A DNA stretch of 64,000 nt, taken from positions 32,481 to 96,480 of the forward strand of contig DAOVXQ010000003.1 in NCBI GenBank assembly GCA_030636025.1. Direction: 5' to 3'. A program made the position numbers and the translations under genes. The stretch's first letter is position 1. Every line of letters starts with the position of its first letter. This DNA is from an archaeon. GTDB taxonomy: Archaea > Nanobdellota > Nanobdellia > Pacearchaeales > GW2011-AR1. Shown piece by piece: positions 26,985-36,503 of this stretch. The notes under the pieces were generated by a model. The model was not told the DNA's origin, ran no database searches, and worked only from the letters and a program-made list of their open reading frames with translations.

Positions 26985-27286
26985 ATTAAACTTAAAAACC
27001 ACGCTAACCTAAGTTTGTTCTTTTCTTAAAATCATATAAAGTTAATAAGTTTCACAGACGAGATTATAAATAAAAAGAAATTTTTGGTTAAATTAAGGAA
27101 GGGTGACTTGTTAAGTATCTCAAGGGAAGATGACTTGTTAAGAAACCGTTAGGTGTCTTACGATTCCATACGATCCTTAATTTCATAGAATATTACAAAA
27201 CTAATTTTAGGTTTCCTTAGGACATATATCTCTGGATTGCACATGAAATATCTATCAATTAAACTTAAAAACACCCTTAATCTAAC
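26985..27286 (+). repeat. Dispersed intergenic repeat, copy 3, disrupted by a 90-nt nested insertion and flanked by imperfect direct repeats
   Basis: ATTAAACTTAAAAAC... occurs at 26985 and 27258. The core AGATTATAAATAAAAAGAAATTTTTGGTTA is interrupted at 27091-27180 and resumes TTTCATAGAATAT as in copy 5. Confidence 0.7.
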
Positions 27287-27295
27287 AAGAATACC

Positions 27296-27586
27296 ATGGA
27301 ATTTACACCAATAAAATGGAAAGATGTTGTAAGAGAATTTAAAATCCCGAAATCAGAATACAAACTATTTCAAAAGCCATTAACCAGAGGATACGACAGA
27401 ATCCCGCAAACACAATCTTTTGATTCTCTTAAAAACATAGATTATAATTTAAAAATACTCGACTATAAAACAAAAAAAGATTTAGAATACCCAACGCTTT
27501 CACCATTTCATGGTTCTTATGGCGGGGCAGACGGTTATCAATCATCAATGCCCAAAGCTTCAACATCAAATTATTCTGTTAATTAG
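27296..27586 (+). CDS. Hypothetical protein with S/G/Y-rich tail
   Basis: 96-aa ORF. Confidence 0.4.
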   Translation: MEFTPIKWKDVVREFKIPKSEYKLFQKPLTRGYDRIPQTQSFDSLKNIDYNLKILDYKTKKDLEYPTLSPFHGSYGGADGYQSSMPKASTSNYSVN

Positions 27587-27651
27587 GTTTAAAAATTTTC
27601 TAAAAATATCAATTACCAAAACCTTAAATAATTCAACTCCTTATAATTAAC

Positions 27652-28170
27652 ATGAAAAAAGAACAATCTAATCAAGAGAATGAAGACCAAGAAATATCTT
27701 TAAACTGGAGTTCAGAACCTTCAAAACCAAAATCAGAAAAAATAAAACAAGAAGACGAAGAACCAGAAATAGAAGATATTGTAGAAGAAACTTTTTCTCC
27801 GCAACCAACACAAATATCTACAACTTTAGAACAAGAACAAATTCAAGACCAGCCAATTCAAAATTTAGAAACCGATTTGCAAAATGCCTCTGGACAAAAT
27901 CTGGAACAAGAGCAAACAATAACTTATGATTCAAATGCAGGAGCTTATGATTCTGAACCAGCATTAATGGGCTCTCCATCACTTAAACAAAGTCCACAAG
28001 GAATTCAACAATCAACAAAATTTGAATCTCCTTCTGCTTGGAGACAGGCAAAAATTCAAAACTCTGCATGGGAACAATCAAAAATAAACGAAACTACCCA
28101 CATTAATCCAACAGATATTAAAAAATACAATCCATTCTCAGAAGATTTTGCAAAAAGAAGGAGAAAATAA
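27652..28170 (+). CDS. Q/E/S-rich low-complexity protein
   Basis: 172-aa ORF, acidic, Q-rich and probably disordered, with a basic C-terminus KRRRK. Confidence 0.4.
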   Translation: MKKEQSNQENEDQEISLNWSSEPSKPKSEKIKQEDEEPEIEDIVEETFSPQPTQISTTLEQEQIQDQPIQNLETDLQNASGQNLEQEQTITYDSNAGAYDSEPALMGSPSLKQSPQGIQQSTKFESPSAWRQAKIQNSAWEQSKINETTHINPTDIKKYNPFSEDFAKRRRK

Positions 28171-28222
28171 ATATTAATCTAAATAAATAATTATTTAAAT
28201 AACAATCCCCTTAAAAAAGAAA

Positions 28223-30019
28223 ATGGTGAACTACGAGAATTTTTATAATGGTGCAGATTCTGCTTTAATACCAAGTTATAATCCTGTTGGCTATCAGATT
28301 GATGTAGGAGAAATTGGGACTGCCCTTGACCCAAGAACTGCAAATCAATTAGGAGAAGTCAATCACAAAATGAATCCGGGTGTTAAAACAGTTGAAGTTC
28401 AGGGAGTTTCTGCAGACGTATTAGAATCTATCCCAGACCAGCATTTAGATGAATTAAAAAGATTAATGAAATTAACAGGAGTTAATCCATCTTTTCATGC
28501 ACCAATAATCGAAGCTTCGGGTGTTGGAGAAAAAGGATGGAATGAAGAGACAAGAGAATCAGCAGAAAGACAATTAAAATCAGCAGTTCTTAGAAGCCAT
28601 AAATTAGACCCAGAGGGAAATATTTCTGTAACAGTTCATTCAACAGCCCAGCTTCCTGAAATGAGGCCTGTTACAAAAACAGAAGATGGAAAAATCAAGG
28701 AAGGACCTTTCTGGGTTATTGACCCTGATTCAGGACAAATCGGACAATTGCCAAGAGAAAAAAGATATTTCCCAGAAGAAGGAAAATTCGAAGGCAAAGA
28801 AATGCCATTTGAACCTGAAAAAGAATTAGCAAAACTAAACAATGACCAATGGATGAGCCAGCTTTCAGACATTAATAGGTATTCAAACTATGGTGAAGAA
28901 ATAATTAGTAAATTAAAAACAGAGGGAAGATTAAATCCAGAAGTTTTATCTAAACTTAAGCAAGGATTTGATGCAGAACAATTTAAAGGCGAGGAAGAAA
29001 AATCATATTTAAAAAATTTGCAAAAAGACATAAATCACGGGCAAATTTATCTAAGAGATTCTTATAGAAATATGAAATCATTATTTGATAAAGCTTATGC
29101 AAGTTCTAAGGGGGAAGATAAAGAAAGATTGTCTGGATTTGCAAAATGGGCTGCTCCAATAGTTGAAAATGGGATTGAAAATGACCCAGAGAAATTAGAA
29201 AAATTTTCAGAAGTAATTGAAAGAGGATTGAAAACACTCGGAGCAATAAAATCCCCACAAAAATTTCAGGAATTAAATAATTTTGTCGTCGATAAATCTG
29301 CAGAAACTTTTGCAAATATTGCTACATCTTCATTTGAAAAATTTGGAAACACTACCCCAATTATAAATATTGAAAATCCACCTGCAGGCGGAGGACTAAG
29401 CAAGGCAGAAGATTTGAAAGAACTTATTGAATCATCAAGAGATAAATTAAAACAAAACTTAATTAAAAAAGGAATGGGCAAATCAGAAGCAAAACAAACA
29501 GCAGAAAAATTAATCGGCGCAACATGGGATATCGGACATATAAATATGCTAAGAAAACAAGGATACACAAAAGAAGATATTATTAAACAAACTAAAACAA
29601 TTGCTCCATTCGTAAAACATGTCCATCTTTCTGATAATTTTGGAATGGAGCATACAGAACTCCCAATGGGAATGGGCAATGTTCCAACCAAAGAAATATT
29701 AAAAGAATTAAAGAAAAAAGGATTTAAGGGAAAGAAAATTGTTGAAGCTGGAAATTGGTGGCAGCATTTTGCAGACAAGGGCGGGGGAAATCCAATCTAC
29801 CCTACTCTTCAAAATTTCGACTCTCCATTATATTCAAGTGGTACAGGCCCAACCTGGAGCCAATTGGGTGGCTATGGCACATATTTTTCAGGGCAAGGTG
29901 CAATCAGCCCACAAGTACACCATTCACTTTACGGGGCAGGATTTTCAAATCTTCCTCAAGAACTCGGTGGAGAAATTCCAGGAACACAAAGCAGATTTTC
30001 CGGGACCCCTAATCAATAA
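28223..30019 (+). CDS. Xylose-isomerase-like TIM-barrel protein with a large internal insertion and low-complexity tail
   Basis: N-terminal part ...FHAPIIEASG...VTVHST and C-terminal part WDIGHINM...HVHLSDNFGMEHTELPMGMGNVP...IVEAGNWW resemble AP-endonuclease-2/sugar isomerase barrels split by ~270 aa. The G/S/Q/Y-rich tail spans ~80 aa. Confidence 0.55.
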   Translation: MVNYENFYNGADSALIPSYNPVGYQIDVGEIGTALDPRTANQLGEVNHKMNPGVKTVEVQGVSADVLESIPDQHLDELKRLMKLTGVNPSFHAPIIEASGVGEKGWNEETRESAERQLKSAVLRSHKLDPEGNISVTVHSTAQLPEMRPVTKTEDGKIKEGPFWVIDPDSGQIGQLPREKRYFPEEGKFEGKEMPFEPEKELAKLNNDQWMSQLSDINRYSNYGEEIISKLKTEGRLNPEVLSKLKQGFDAEQFKGEEEKSYLKNLQKDINHGQIYLRDSYRNMKSLFDKAYASSKGEDKERLSGFAKWAAPIVENGIENDPEKLEKFSEVIERGLKTLGAIKSPQKFQELNNFVVDKSAETFANIATSSFEKFGNTTPIINIENPPAGGGLSKAEDLKELIESSRDKLKQNLIKKGMGKSEAKQTAEKLIGATWDIGHINMLRKQGYTKEDIIKQTKTIAPFVKHVHLSDNFGMEHTELPMGMGNVPTKEILKELKKKGFKGKKIVEAGNWWQHFADKGGGNPIYPTLQNFDSPLYSSGTGPTWSQLGGYGTYFSGQGAISPQVHHSLYGAGFSNLPQELGGEIPGTQSRFSGTPNQ

Positions 30020-30060
30020 TCAACACATTTTTAAATAAAAGTATATTAATATAATAAAAG

Positions 30061-30924
30061 ATGGTGAAAAAAATAAACAATTCTAAAGGCAATAAACTTA
30101 GTGTAGCTCCTAAACAATTATCTCAAAAACAAATAAAAAATTTCCCTTCTTTAAAACTTAAAACAGAAAAAGATATCGCGATGGACTTTGCTGAAAAGGC
30201 CTACAAAAAATTCGACAAATTAATAAAATCAATAATTTTGTTTGGTTCAACAATTAAACAAACAAACACCTCTAACTCAGACATTGATATAATTTTAATT
30301 GTAGACGACGCTAGTATTAATTTTGATGATAAATTAGTTTCATGGTATAGGGAAGAATTAGGAAAATTAATCCAAAAAAATCCTTACAAAAAAGATTTGC
30401 ACATCAACACAATTAAATTAACAACATGGTGGCAGGATTTATCAAGGGGCGACCCAGTTGTAATTAATATGTTAAGATACGGAGAATCAGTAATAGATTT
30501 TGGCGGATTTTTCAATCCATTAAAAATTCTCCTTCAGCAAGGTAAAATCAAACCAACACCAGAATCAATTTACACTGTTTTAAATAGAATCCCTGGACAC
30601 ATTTTAAGAAGCAGATTATCTGAATTAAGTGCAATCGAAGGATGCTATTGGGCATTTGTCGAATCTGCACAGGCATTATTAATGTCTGTCAAAGTTCTCC
30701 CGCCAAGCCCAGAGCACATTTCAATTTTACTAAAAGAACATTTCGTAGATAAAAAATTAATTAAAATGAAATGTGTTACAGATTTCAGAGATTTATATGA
30801 ACTTCATAAAAAAATAACTCATGGAGAAATTAGAAATTTAGACGGAAAAATCATTGATGGCTGGCAGGAAAAATCCGAAGATTTTTTCAAAAGCACTTTG
30901 AAATTAATTGATGAAATTATCTGA
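30061..30924 (+). CDS. Nucleotidyltransferase-domain protein (Pol-beta superfamily), paralogue of the core of 42504..44306
   Basis: ILFGSTIKQTNTSNSDIDIILIVDD (GS...DxD). The shared block GKIKPTPESI...ALLM also appears in the 600-aa protein. Confidence 0.65.
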   Translation: MVKKINNSKGNKLSVAPKQLSQKQIKNFPSLKLKTEKDIAMDFAEKAYKKFDKLIKSIILFGSTIKQTNTSNSDIDIILIVDDASINFDDKLVSWYREELGKLIQKNPYKKDLHINTIKLTTWWQDLSRGDPVVINMLRYGESVIDFGGFFNPLKILLQQGKIKPTPESIYTVLNRIPGHILRSRLSELSAIEGCYWAFVESAQALLMSVKVLPPSPEHISILLKEHFVDKKLIKMKCVTDFRDLYELHKKITHGEIRNLDGKIIDGWQEKSEDFFKSTLKLIDEII

Positions 30925-31000
30925 TTAAATATTTAAATTAATTCTAAAATTTCTTAAACATATTCTAATTTAGATATGATAACCCAACTAATTAAAATTA

Positions 31001-31056
31001 TAAGATATAAATAGGAAAAGTGAATTTGGGTTAGATTTATCTTCCCAAATTTCATT
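31001..31056 (+). repeat. Dispersed intergenic repeat, copy 6 (divergent)
   Basis: TAAGATATAAATAGGAAAAGTGAATTTGGGTTAGATTTATCTTCCCAAATTTCAT. The hairpin arms carry compensatory changes relative to copy 1. Confidence 0.65.
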
Positions 31057-31140
31057 TAAAATAAACTTCTCATCTCCAAAGCTCATCTGTTTTTAAGAGA
31101 TTTAAAAAATAAAATAATCAAAGAAAATTTTTAACTAAAA

Positions 31141-31890
31141 TCACTCGGTTTTTCCTTTTGATTGTTTTTTAGCATCCTCAAGAATTTCATAAAATTTTAC
31201 AATGTCCTTACCCTTTAAATTTTCTGTTAAGTACGGAACTATATTTTTTTGTATTTTTTTCTCATAATTCTCTCGATTAGTCTCAAACATTTTAGAATAT
31301 CTCATTGCAACAAGACCCTTGCCGGTTTTTATTAATTCTTTAATAAAATCTAATGTCTCTTTTTCTTCTGGCTTTGAATACTCACTTTCATAAAGTTTTC
31401 TAACTACTTCACTCATTTCCCCAAAATCCTGGTCATGAAGAACCTTGCTCATTTCTCGAACTTTTTGATGTAATTTAGTTATATCTGTATAAGTTTGCGC
31501 TTTATCCCCCTGATAACTTTCCTTTAATCCCCCAAGTTCTTGCTCTATAACGGTTAATCCAACATCTCTTAAATCTTTTTCATTAATTCCCTTAAGAATC
31601 TCTTCTAAACTTTCAGTAGCTGTTTTATTTGCTTTTCCTTTATTTTCAGTAATTTTAATCCTCAATCCATTAGAAAATTCCTGTTGACTATTTCTAAATA
31701 ACTCTCTTACATTAGTGTCAGGACTAATTTTTTCGATTATTTTATTTAATCCTTCAGAATACTGTTTATCATATCCATTTTTTTGAAGGTCGATAGCCGC
31801 ATCCCTATATGTTTTATATTTTCTAAAAAAGCCATCAAAGTCATTAAAACTTGCCATTTTATTTTTTAATTTTATTAATTTACCTAACAA
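31141..31890 (-). CDS. Hypothetical protein
   Basis: 249-aa ORF. Confidence 0.45.
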   Translation of the reverse strand: MLGKLIKLKNKMASFNDFDGFFRKYKTYRDAAIDLQKNGYDKQYSEGLNKIIEKISPDTNVRELFRNSQQEFSNGLRIKITENKGKANKTATESLEEILKGINEKDLRDVGLTVIEQELGGLKESYQGDKAQTYTDITKLHQKVREMSKVLHDQDFGEMSEVVRKLYESEYSKPEEKETLDFIKELIKTGKGLVAMRYSKMFETNRENYEKKIQKNIVPYLTENLKGKDIVKFYEILEDAKKQSKGKTE

Positions 31891-31981
31891 CTTAAACTAT
31901 ATAAACCTTTCTATTGGTAGAACTATAAAGTAGTAACATAACAGAAACATTTATATATGCAGATTTTTTAGATATTTTACA

Positions 31982-32176
31982 ATGAAACACACAAGATGTA
32001 AAAGATGCAACAGAAGAAAATCAACAGGAATCATAAGGCAAAAAGATGTCTGCAATAGTTGTTACGAAGTAATCAATAAAGACAATTATTTCAGAATCAA
32101 ATCAGGAAAATCAATCCCAAAAGATTTTACAATGATAATTGAGTTAGATAAAAACGGAAAGATTATTAGTTTTTAG
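31982..32176 (+). CDS. Small zinc-ribbon protein
   Basis: CKRCNRRK...CNSCYE (CxxC-x17-CxxC). Confidence 0.4.
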   Translation: MKHTRCKRCNRRKSTGIIRQKDVCNSCYEVINKDNYFRIKSGKSIPKDFTMIIELDKNGKIISF

Positions 32177-32234
32177 GATGTTGAAATGAAAGACAAAACT
32201 TTAGAACAAGAAATAAAAGAACATAAAGAAAAAC

Positions 32235-32627
32235 ATGGCGATAGCGTGGGTTTCTCAATTTAATAATTTTGCATTTAGATTGCCAAATGATGAAAATGAA
32301 GGAGCATATAGAGAAGTAATAAAACAACAAGGAAATCTAGATAAAACCTACAAAGAAACCTTTCCTTTTAATGTATTTGGAGAACCTGATGACTTCAAAG
32401 GGTACAGTCAGTTATATATAAATCAAACTAGAAGAGAATTTTTTGATACAATTGATAGAGTTATTAAAGAAACCGGTATTTCAGTGAGTAGAATTAAGAA
32501 ACTACAAGGTTTAAGAAATAAACCAGGCATAAAAAAAGATTCTTGGCAAGTTTTATATAAATTAGTTTTCCCTGTATATAAAAAATTAAGAGAAATGGGT
32601 TATACTAATGCAGATTTAAGAATATAA
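32235..32627 (+). CDS. Hypothetical protein
   Basis: 130-aa ORF. Confidence 0.4.
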   Translation: MAIAWVSQFNNFAFRLPNDENEGAYREVIKQQGNLDKTYKETFPFNVFGEPDDFKGYSQLYINQTRREFFDTIDRVIKETGISVSRIKKLQGLRNKPGIKKDSWQVLYKLVFPVYKKLREMGYTNADLRI

Positions 32628-32672
32628 AAAAGATTTAAATAAGTTTAATTCTTTGGAGGGGGAGAGGTTAAG

Positions 32673-33119
32673 ATGAAAATTGAGCTTAAAAAATTTGGAT
32701 TTACAGATTATTTTCGAGTCCTTTTAATGACTCTGGACAAAAAATATTCTAAGGAACGTGATGACACTTTTTTTAGTTATTTTTTTAAAGGGTTAAAATC
32801 AGTATTCCCAAATGATTCTTATGAATTTTCAATTTTGGTAAATGAAAAATTTGCAGGAAATATAGGGCTTTTTAATCCTAAAAATGAGGTTTATGAATTA
32901 GGTTATATGGTTTTAAGAGATTATAGGATGAAAGGAATCGCTAGTAATGCCATTAACAAAATTATAAAAAAGGGATTTGAAGAATTAAATATTTCAAAGA
33001 TTTTTGCTATAACTGATTTCGAAAACAAAGAATCTCAGAAAGTTTTGAGAAAAAACAAATTTAAATTAGTGAAAAGAGATAAAACTAAAAAAGAATTAAT
33101 TTGGGAGAGGATAAAATGA
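32673..33119 (+). CDS. GNAT-family N-acetyltransferase
   Basis: 148 aa. ...YRMKGIASNAINKIIKKGF... is an acetyl-CoA-binding motif-A-like sequence (R/Q-x-x-G-x-A). Confidence 0.6.
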   Translation: MKIELKKFGFTDYFRVLLMTLDKKYSKERDDTFFSYFFKGLKSVFPNDSYEFSILVNEKFAGNIGLFNPKNEVYELGYMVLRDYRMKGIASNAINKIIKKGFEELNISKIFAITDFENKESQKVLRKNKFKLVKRDKTKKELIWERIK

Positions 33120-33595
33120 AAATCCGCAAAGCAACTAAAAAAGATATCTCTGAAATAATTAATCTACTAAAAGAATATGAAAAATATATGTATAAAATAG
33201 ATAATTCTAAAAATCCGTGGATAAAAAGAAAAAAGAATATTGATAAAAGAATAGAAAAAGATATTTTACAAGTTATTAAATCTAAAAATGATGAGATTGT
33301 TGTTGTAGAGATTGATAAATCTTTAGTGGGATTTATTTGGTTTTCTAAAGAAAAACCTAATTGGATTCATAAAATTAAATCAACAGGTAAAATAAATTAT
33401 ATGTTTGTATTGCCAAAGTTTAGAGGCAAAGGTATTTCATCAAAATTAAAAAATGAAACATTCAAATGGTTTAAAAAAAATCAAGTAAAATGGATAGGAT
33501 TAAATGTTCATAACAATAATCCAAAATCTCATAAAATATACAAAAAATGGGGCTTTGAAGATTATGAAATTGAAATGTGGAATGAGTTGAAATAA
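33116..33595 (+). CDS. GNAT-family N-acetyltransferase
   Basis: MKIRKATKKDISEII...PKFRGKGISSKLKNE... contains RGKGIS motif A. The ATG was chosen instead of the TTG used in the track. Confidence 0.6.
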   Translation: MKIRKATKKDISEIINLLKEYEKYMYKIDNSKNPWIKRKKNIDKRIEKDILQVIKSKNDEIVVVEIDKSLVGFIWFSKEKPNWIHKIKSTGKINYMFVLPKFRGKGISSKLKNETFKWFKKNQVKWIGLNVHNNNPKSHKIYKKWGFEDYEIEMWNELK

Positions 33596-33713
33596 CATAC
33601 ATTCTCCCATTCAAAAAACGCCTTGTAAAAATCAGGCAAGGATTTAATAAAACTAAGCCTCTTAGAAAATAACCCTCCAAACATTTATAAACTCCGTAAG
33701 ATAATTCTACCAT

Positions 33714-34346
33714 ATGGTAGAAAATATTACCAACTTAGAAATAGAAATAATCCGTTTATATAAAAATAATTATCTTAAAGAGATTTACATAAGAGAGATG
33801 GCTAAATTACTTGAAAAAAGCCATGTTACTCTTCTTCCTCACTTAAAAAATCTTGAAAAAAGAAATATCCTAATTTCAAAAATTTCTGGTAAAAATAAAA
33901 ACTACAAACTAAATATGGGCAATAATCTATCTAAGGAATATATTTCTATGGCAGAAAAACAAGATACTATTTCCATAATAAAAAAAGAGTTTTTTATAAA
34001 AAAAATTTATGATGAAACTCTAAATTTAGATTTAAATGGGATTATGGCACTATTTGGGAGTTATGCATCTGGGACATATAATAAAAAGAGTGACATAGAT
34101 TTATTTTACATAGGTTCAATCACAGAAAATCAAAAAAAATCAATAAAAAACATGGGAAGACTTTACAAAAAACGCATTCATTTAAGTGTTATGAATTTAA
34201 ACCAATTCAAAAAATCTTTAAAAGAAAATATAATAATAACCAAAGAAATAATAAAAAACCACATAATCCTGCAAAATTCAGACACATTCATAAATTCATT
34301 ATGGAAATATTATAATGGAAAAAGAGAATTTAACATGGTGTTTTAA
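33714..34346 (+). CDS. Nucleotidyltransferase (MNT-type antitoxin) with N-terminal wHTH
   Basis: LFGSYASGTYNKKSDIDLFYIG (GSxxxG...DxD). Confidence 0.7.
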   Translation: MVENITNLEIEIIRLYKNNYLKEIYIREMAKLLEKSHVTLLPHLKNLEKRNILISKISGKNKNYKLNMGNNLSKEYISMAEKQDTISIIKKEFFIKKIYDETLNLDLNGIMALFGSYASGTYNKKSDIDLFYIGSITENQKKSIKNMGRLYKKRIHLSVMNLNQFKKSLKENIIITKEIIKNHIILQNSDTFINSLWKYYNGKREFNMVF

Positions 34347-34818
34347 AAAAGAAAGAGGATTAAAAATAATTGAAACTAATGAGAATCTTGTTAAAACATA
34401 TTTAAAAAAGTCAAAGAGTGCATTAAATATGCTTAATTCAGCAATTAGCAAAGATGAACTTGATTGGGTTTTAGACACTTCGTATTATGCAAAATATTTT
34501 TCAGTTTATGCTCTTTTTATGAAGATTGGAATTAAATGTGAAATACACGATTGCACAATATCTGCACTTAAGATATTTGTTGAAGAAGGAATTTGCACTA
34601 AAGAAATATATGAAGAACTTGAAAAATCCAAAGAATTAAGAATAAATGCATTATACTATGAAAAAGAATTTGGGAGGCAAGATATTATAGAAAGAGCAGA
34701 TAAAACTCCTGATTTTTGCTTAAAAATTGAAAAGATTATTAACAATATTACCAACGATGAGATTAATAGCATTAGAAATAAGTTTATTGATTTTGAAAAA
34801 ACACAAACCCCCCACTAA
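34315..34818 (+). CDS. HEPN-domain protein (toxin partner of MNT)
   Basis: It overlaps the MNT gene by 32 nt. The helical protein has LKKSKSALNMLNSAI...YYAKYFSVYALFMKIG, typical of the HEPN N-terminal helices. Confidence 0.6.
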   Translation: MEKENLTWCFKKERGLKIIETNENLVKTYLKKSKSALNMLNSAISKDELDWVLDTSYYAKYFSVYALFMKIGIKCEIHDCTISALKIFVEEGICTKEIYEELEKSKELRINALYYEKEFGRQDIIERADKTPDFCLKIEKIINNITNDEINSIRNKFIDFEKTQTPH

Positions 34819-35702
34819 GCAACCTTCTCTTTTTTCTTAGGATACAAATCAACATAATCTAAATTTTTTCCAATTTTCGGATGTTCTTTTTTAATTAAAT
34901 CAATCGCCTGTGTAATATCCATATCTTTTTGTGCAACTATTGCATGATATTTTTCCCTCGCCATTTTCAAACCAGTAGCTAAAACATCAACATCTGTTTC
35001 TGAAACTTTACAATGCTTTTCTAAATATTCATGAGTTTTTTTAATTCCACTCATCCCCTGACCCCGCATATCAAACTTATCCCTTCTTGCTAATTTTTTT
35101 AACCTCGCTGAATTTTGAGAAAGAAGCTGAAATTCCTTTGGAGACAAGTCACCAATTTTTCTGTTCCCACTAATTACATCGTCCAAAATTGGAGCAAGTG
35201 CTTCATACATTCTTGGCTTCTCGGTTTTCTCTAAATATTTTTTAGCACTTTTCCTATATTTTTCAAATCCCTCAACCTCATAACTATTATCCTCAACAAC
35301 TTTTTTTAAAGGAAAATATTTAATTTCATCTAAGACAGAATTAGGAACATAACTTTTCTTATAATTTTTTAAAATTCTTTCAACTTGTGGGGGTGAGCGT
35401 TTTATAAATGCAGAAGCATCCCCGATTAATGCAACTTTATTTTTATTTGGTTCTATATTACTTATCCTGCTCAAAATATCATCAACATTTATCTCCTCTG
35501 CAATAGCTTCTAATTTTTGTCCAGTAATAATTAAAACAATTCCACCCCCCACCAACCCCAACCCAATAAAAAACCAAACCTTACTAATCGTTGACGAAAT
35601 ATCAATAACTGCCCCAGTCAATCCAGCAAACGGCTGAAAAATAATTATAAAAATTCCCAATAAAATTAAACCAAAACCAAATTTTTTAAACCTGTTTTTC
35701 AT
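34815..35702 (-). CDS. Membrane protein (2 N-terminal TM helices) of unknown function
   Basis: 295-aa ORF. The first 9 codons and the promoter lie inside the 68-bp direct repeat. Confidence 0.55.
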   Translation of the reverse strand: MKNRFKKFGFGLILLGIFIIIFQPFAGLTGAVIDISSTISKVWFFIGLGLVGGGIVLIITGQKLEAIAEEINVDDILSRISNIEPNKNKVALIGDASAFIKRSPPQVERILKNYKKSYVPNSVLDEIKYFPLKKVVEDNSYEVEGFEKYRKSAKKYLEKTEKPRMYEALAPILDDVISGNRKIGDLSPKEFQLLSQNSARLKKLARRDKFDMRGQGMSGIKKTHEYLEKHCKVSETDVDVLATGLKMAREKYHAIVAQKDMDITQAIDLIKKEHPKIGKNLDYVDLYPKKKEKVA

Positions 35703-35742
35703 AAATAAAATTAGATGAATGTTTATTTAAATGTTTAGAAAA
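35675..35742. repeat. 68-bp direct repeat, left copy (island boundary)
   Basis: AACCAAATTTTTTAAACCTGTTTTTCATAAATAAAATTAGATGAATGTTTATTTAAATGTTTAGAAAA is identical by eye to 38262-38329. Confidence 0.9.
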
Positions 35743-36050
35743 TTATTTTAAACAAGTTTAATTCTTTAAAATATAAGAAATTCTATGCCTATGATACAAT
35801 TAAAATTATTTCTCATTTTAAAGGCGCATTTCTTTTCTTTACTAAATCATTTCTCTTACCTATTAAAAGAACAAAAAACATTAGCCCAAAAAATAATTCT
35901 TCTCGATAAAGTCAAGACTATCTGTCCGTAGGACCAAAAGTTCCCCCTTTTATATTTTAGGCTTTTTGAATTTTTCTTTTCAGGTGGGGAGGGGGTGGTG
36001 CCGACGACATTAAATTAGAGAGATTGCCCGACTTTTTTGCTTCTTTCTTT

Positions 36051-36497
36051 TTAAGAAAGAAGATGAGGAGTTCCGTTGTTTGCATAAGAATAAATGAGCC
36101 ACGAATTTCCTAGAGATCCACTTATAAAAACTACGCTTCCACCGCTTAAAGCTATTTCAATTTGTTTTTGTCCATGATTCTTAATGTGGCAACTCATTCC
36201 GTAAAACGGAGAACCGACATCTATATGCCCTTGACCTTGTTCATCCAAATAAATACTTCCATTATTCAGTTGAGCCTGAACAGAACCTACCATAAAATTC
36301 TGAACTAAAGGAGTATTTTTTCCTGCTCCAAGATCTCCACGAGATTTATTAATGCTACCCTCTATTTGATTATGACAATCTCTACAAATATCAGGCCTTA
36401 AATTTGATTGGTCATCATTGCCCATATATTTTTGAGCAACCAAGTGGTGAGTTGTTAACTTCTTTTCTTTTCCACAAAAACTACAAATTACAACCAT
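36051..36497 (-). CDS. HNH-like zinc-finger nuclease domain protein with beta-rich C-terminal domain
   Basis: CSFCGKEKKLTTHHLVAQKYMGNDDQSNLRPDICRDCHNQIE (CxxC...HH...N...CxxCH). Confidence 0.6.
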   Translation of the reverse strand: MVVICSFCGKEKKLTTHHLVAQKYMGNDDQSNLRPDICRDCHNQIEGSINKSRGDLGAGKNTPLVQNFMVGSVQAQLNNGSIYLDEQGQGHIDVGSPFYGMSCHIKNHGQKQIEIALSGGSVVFISGSLGNSWLIYSYANNGTPHLLS

Positions 36498-36503
36498 TTT
36501 ATT

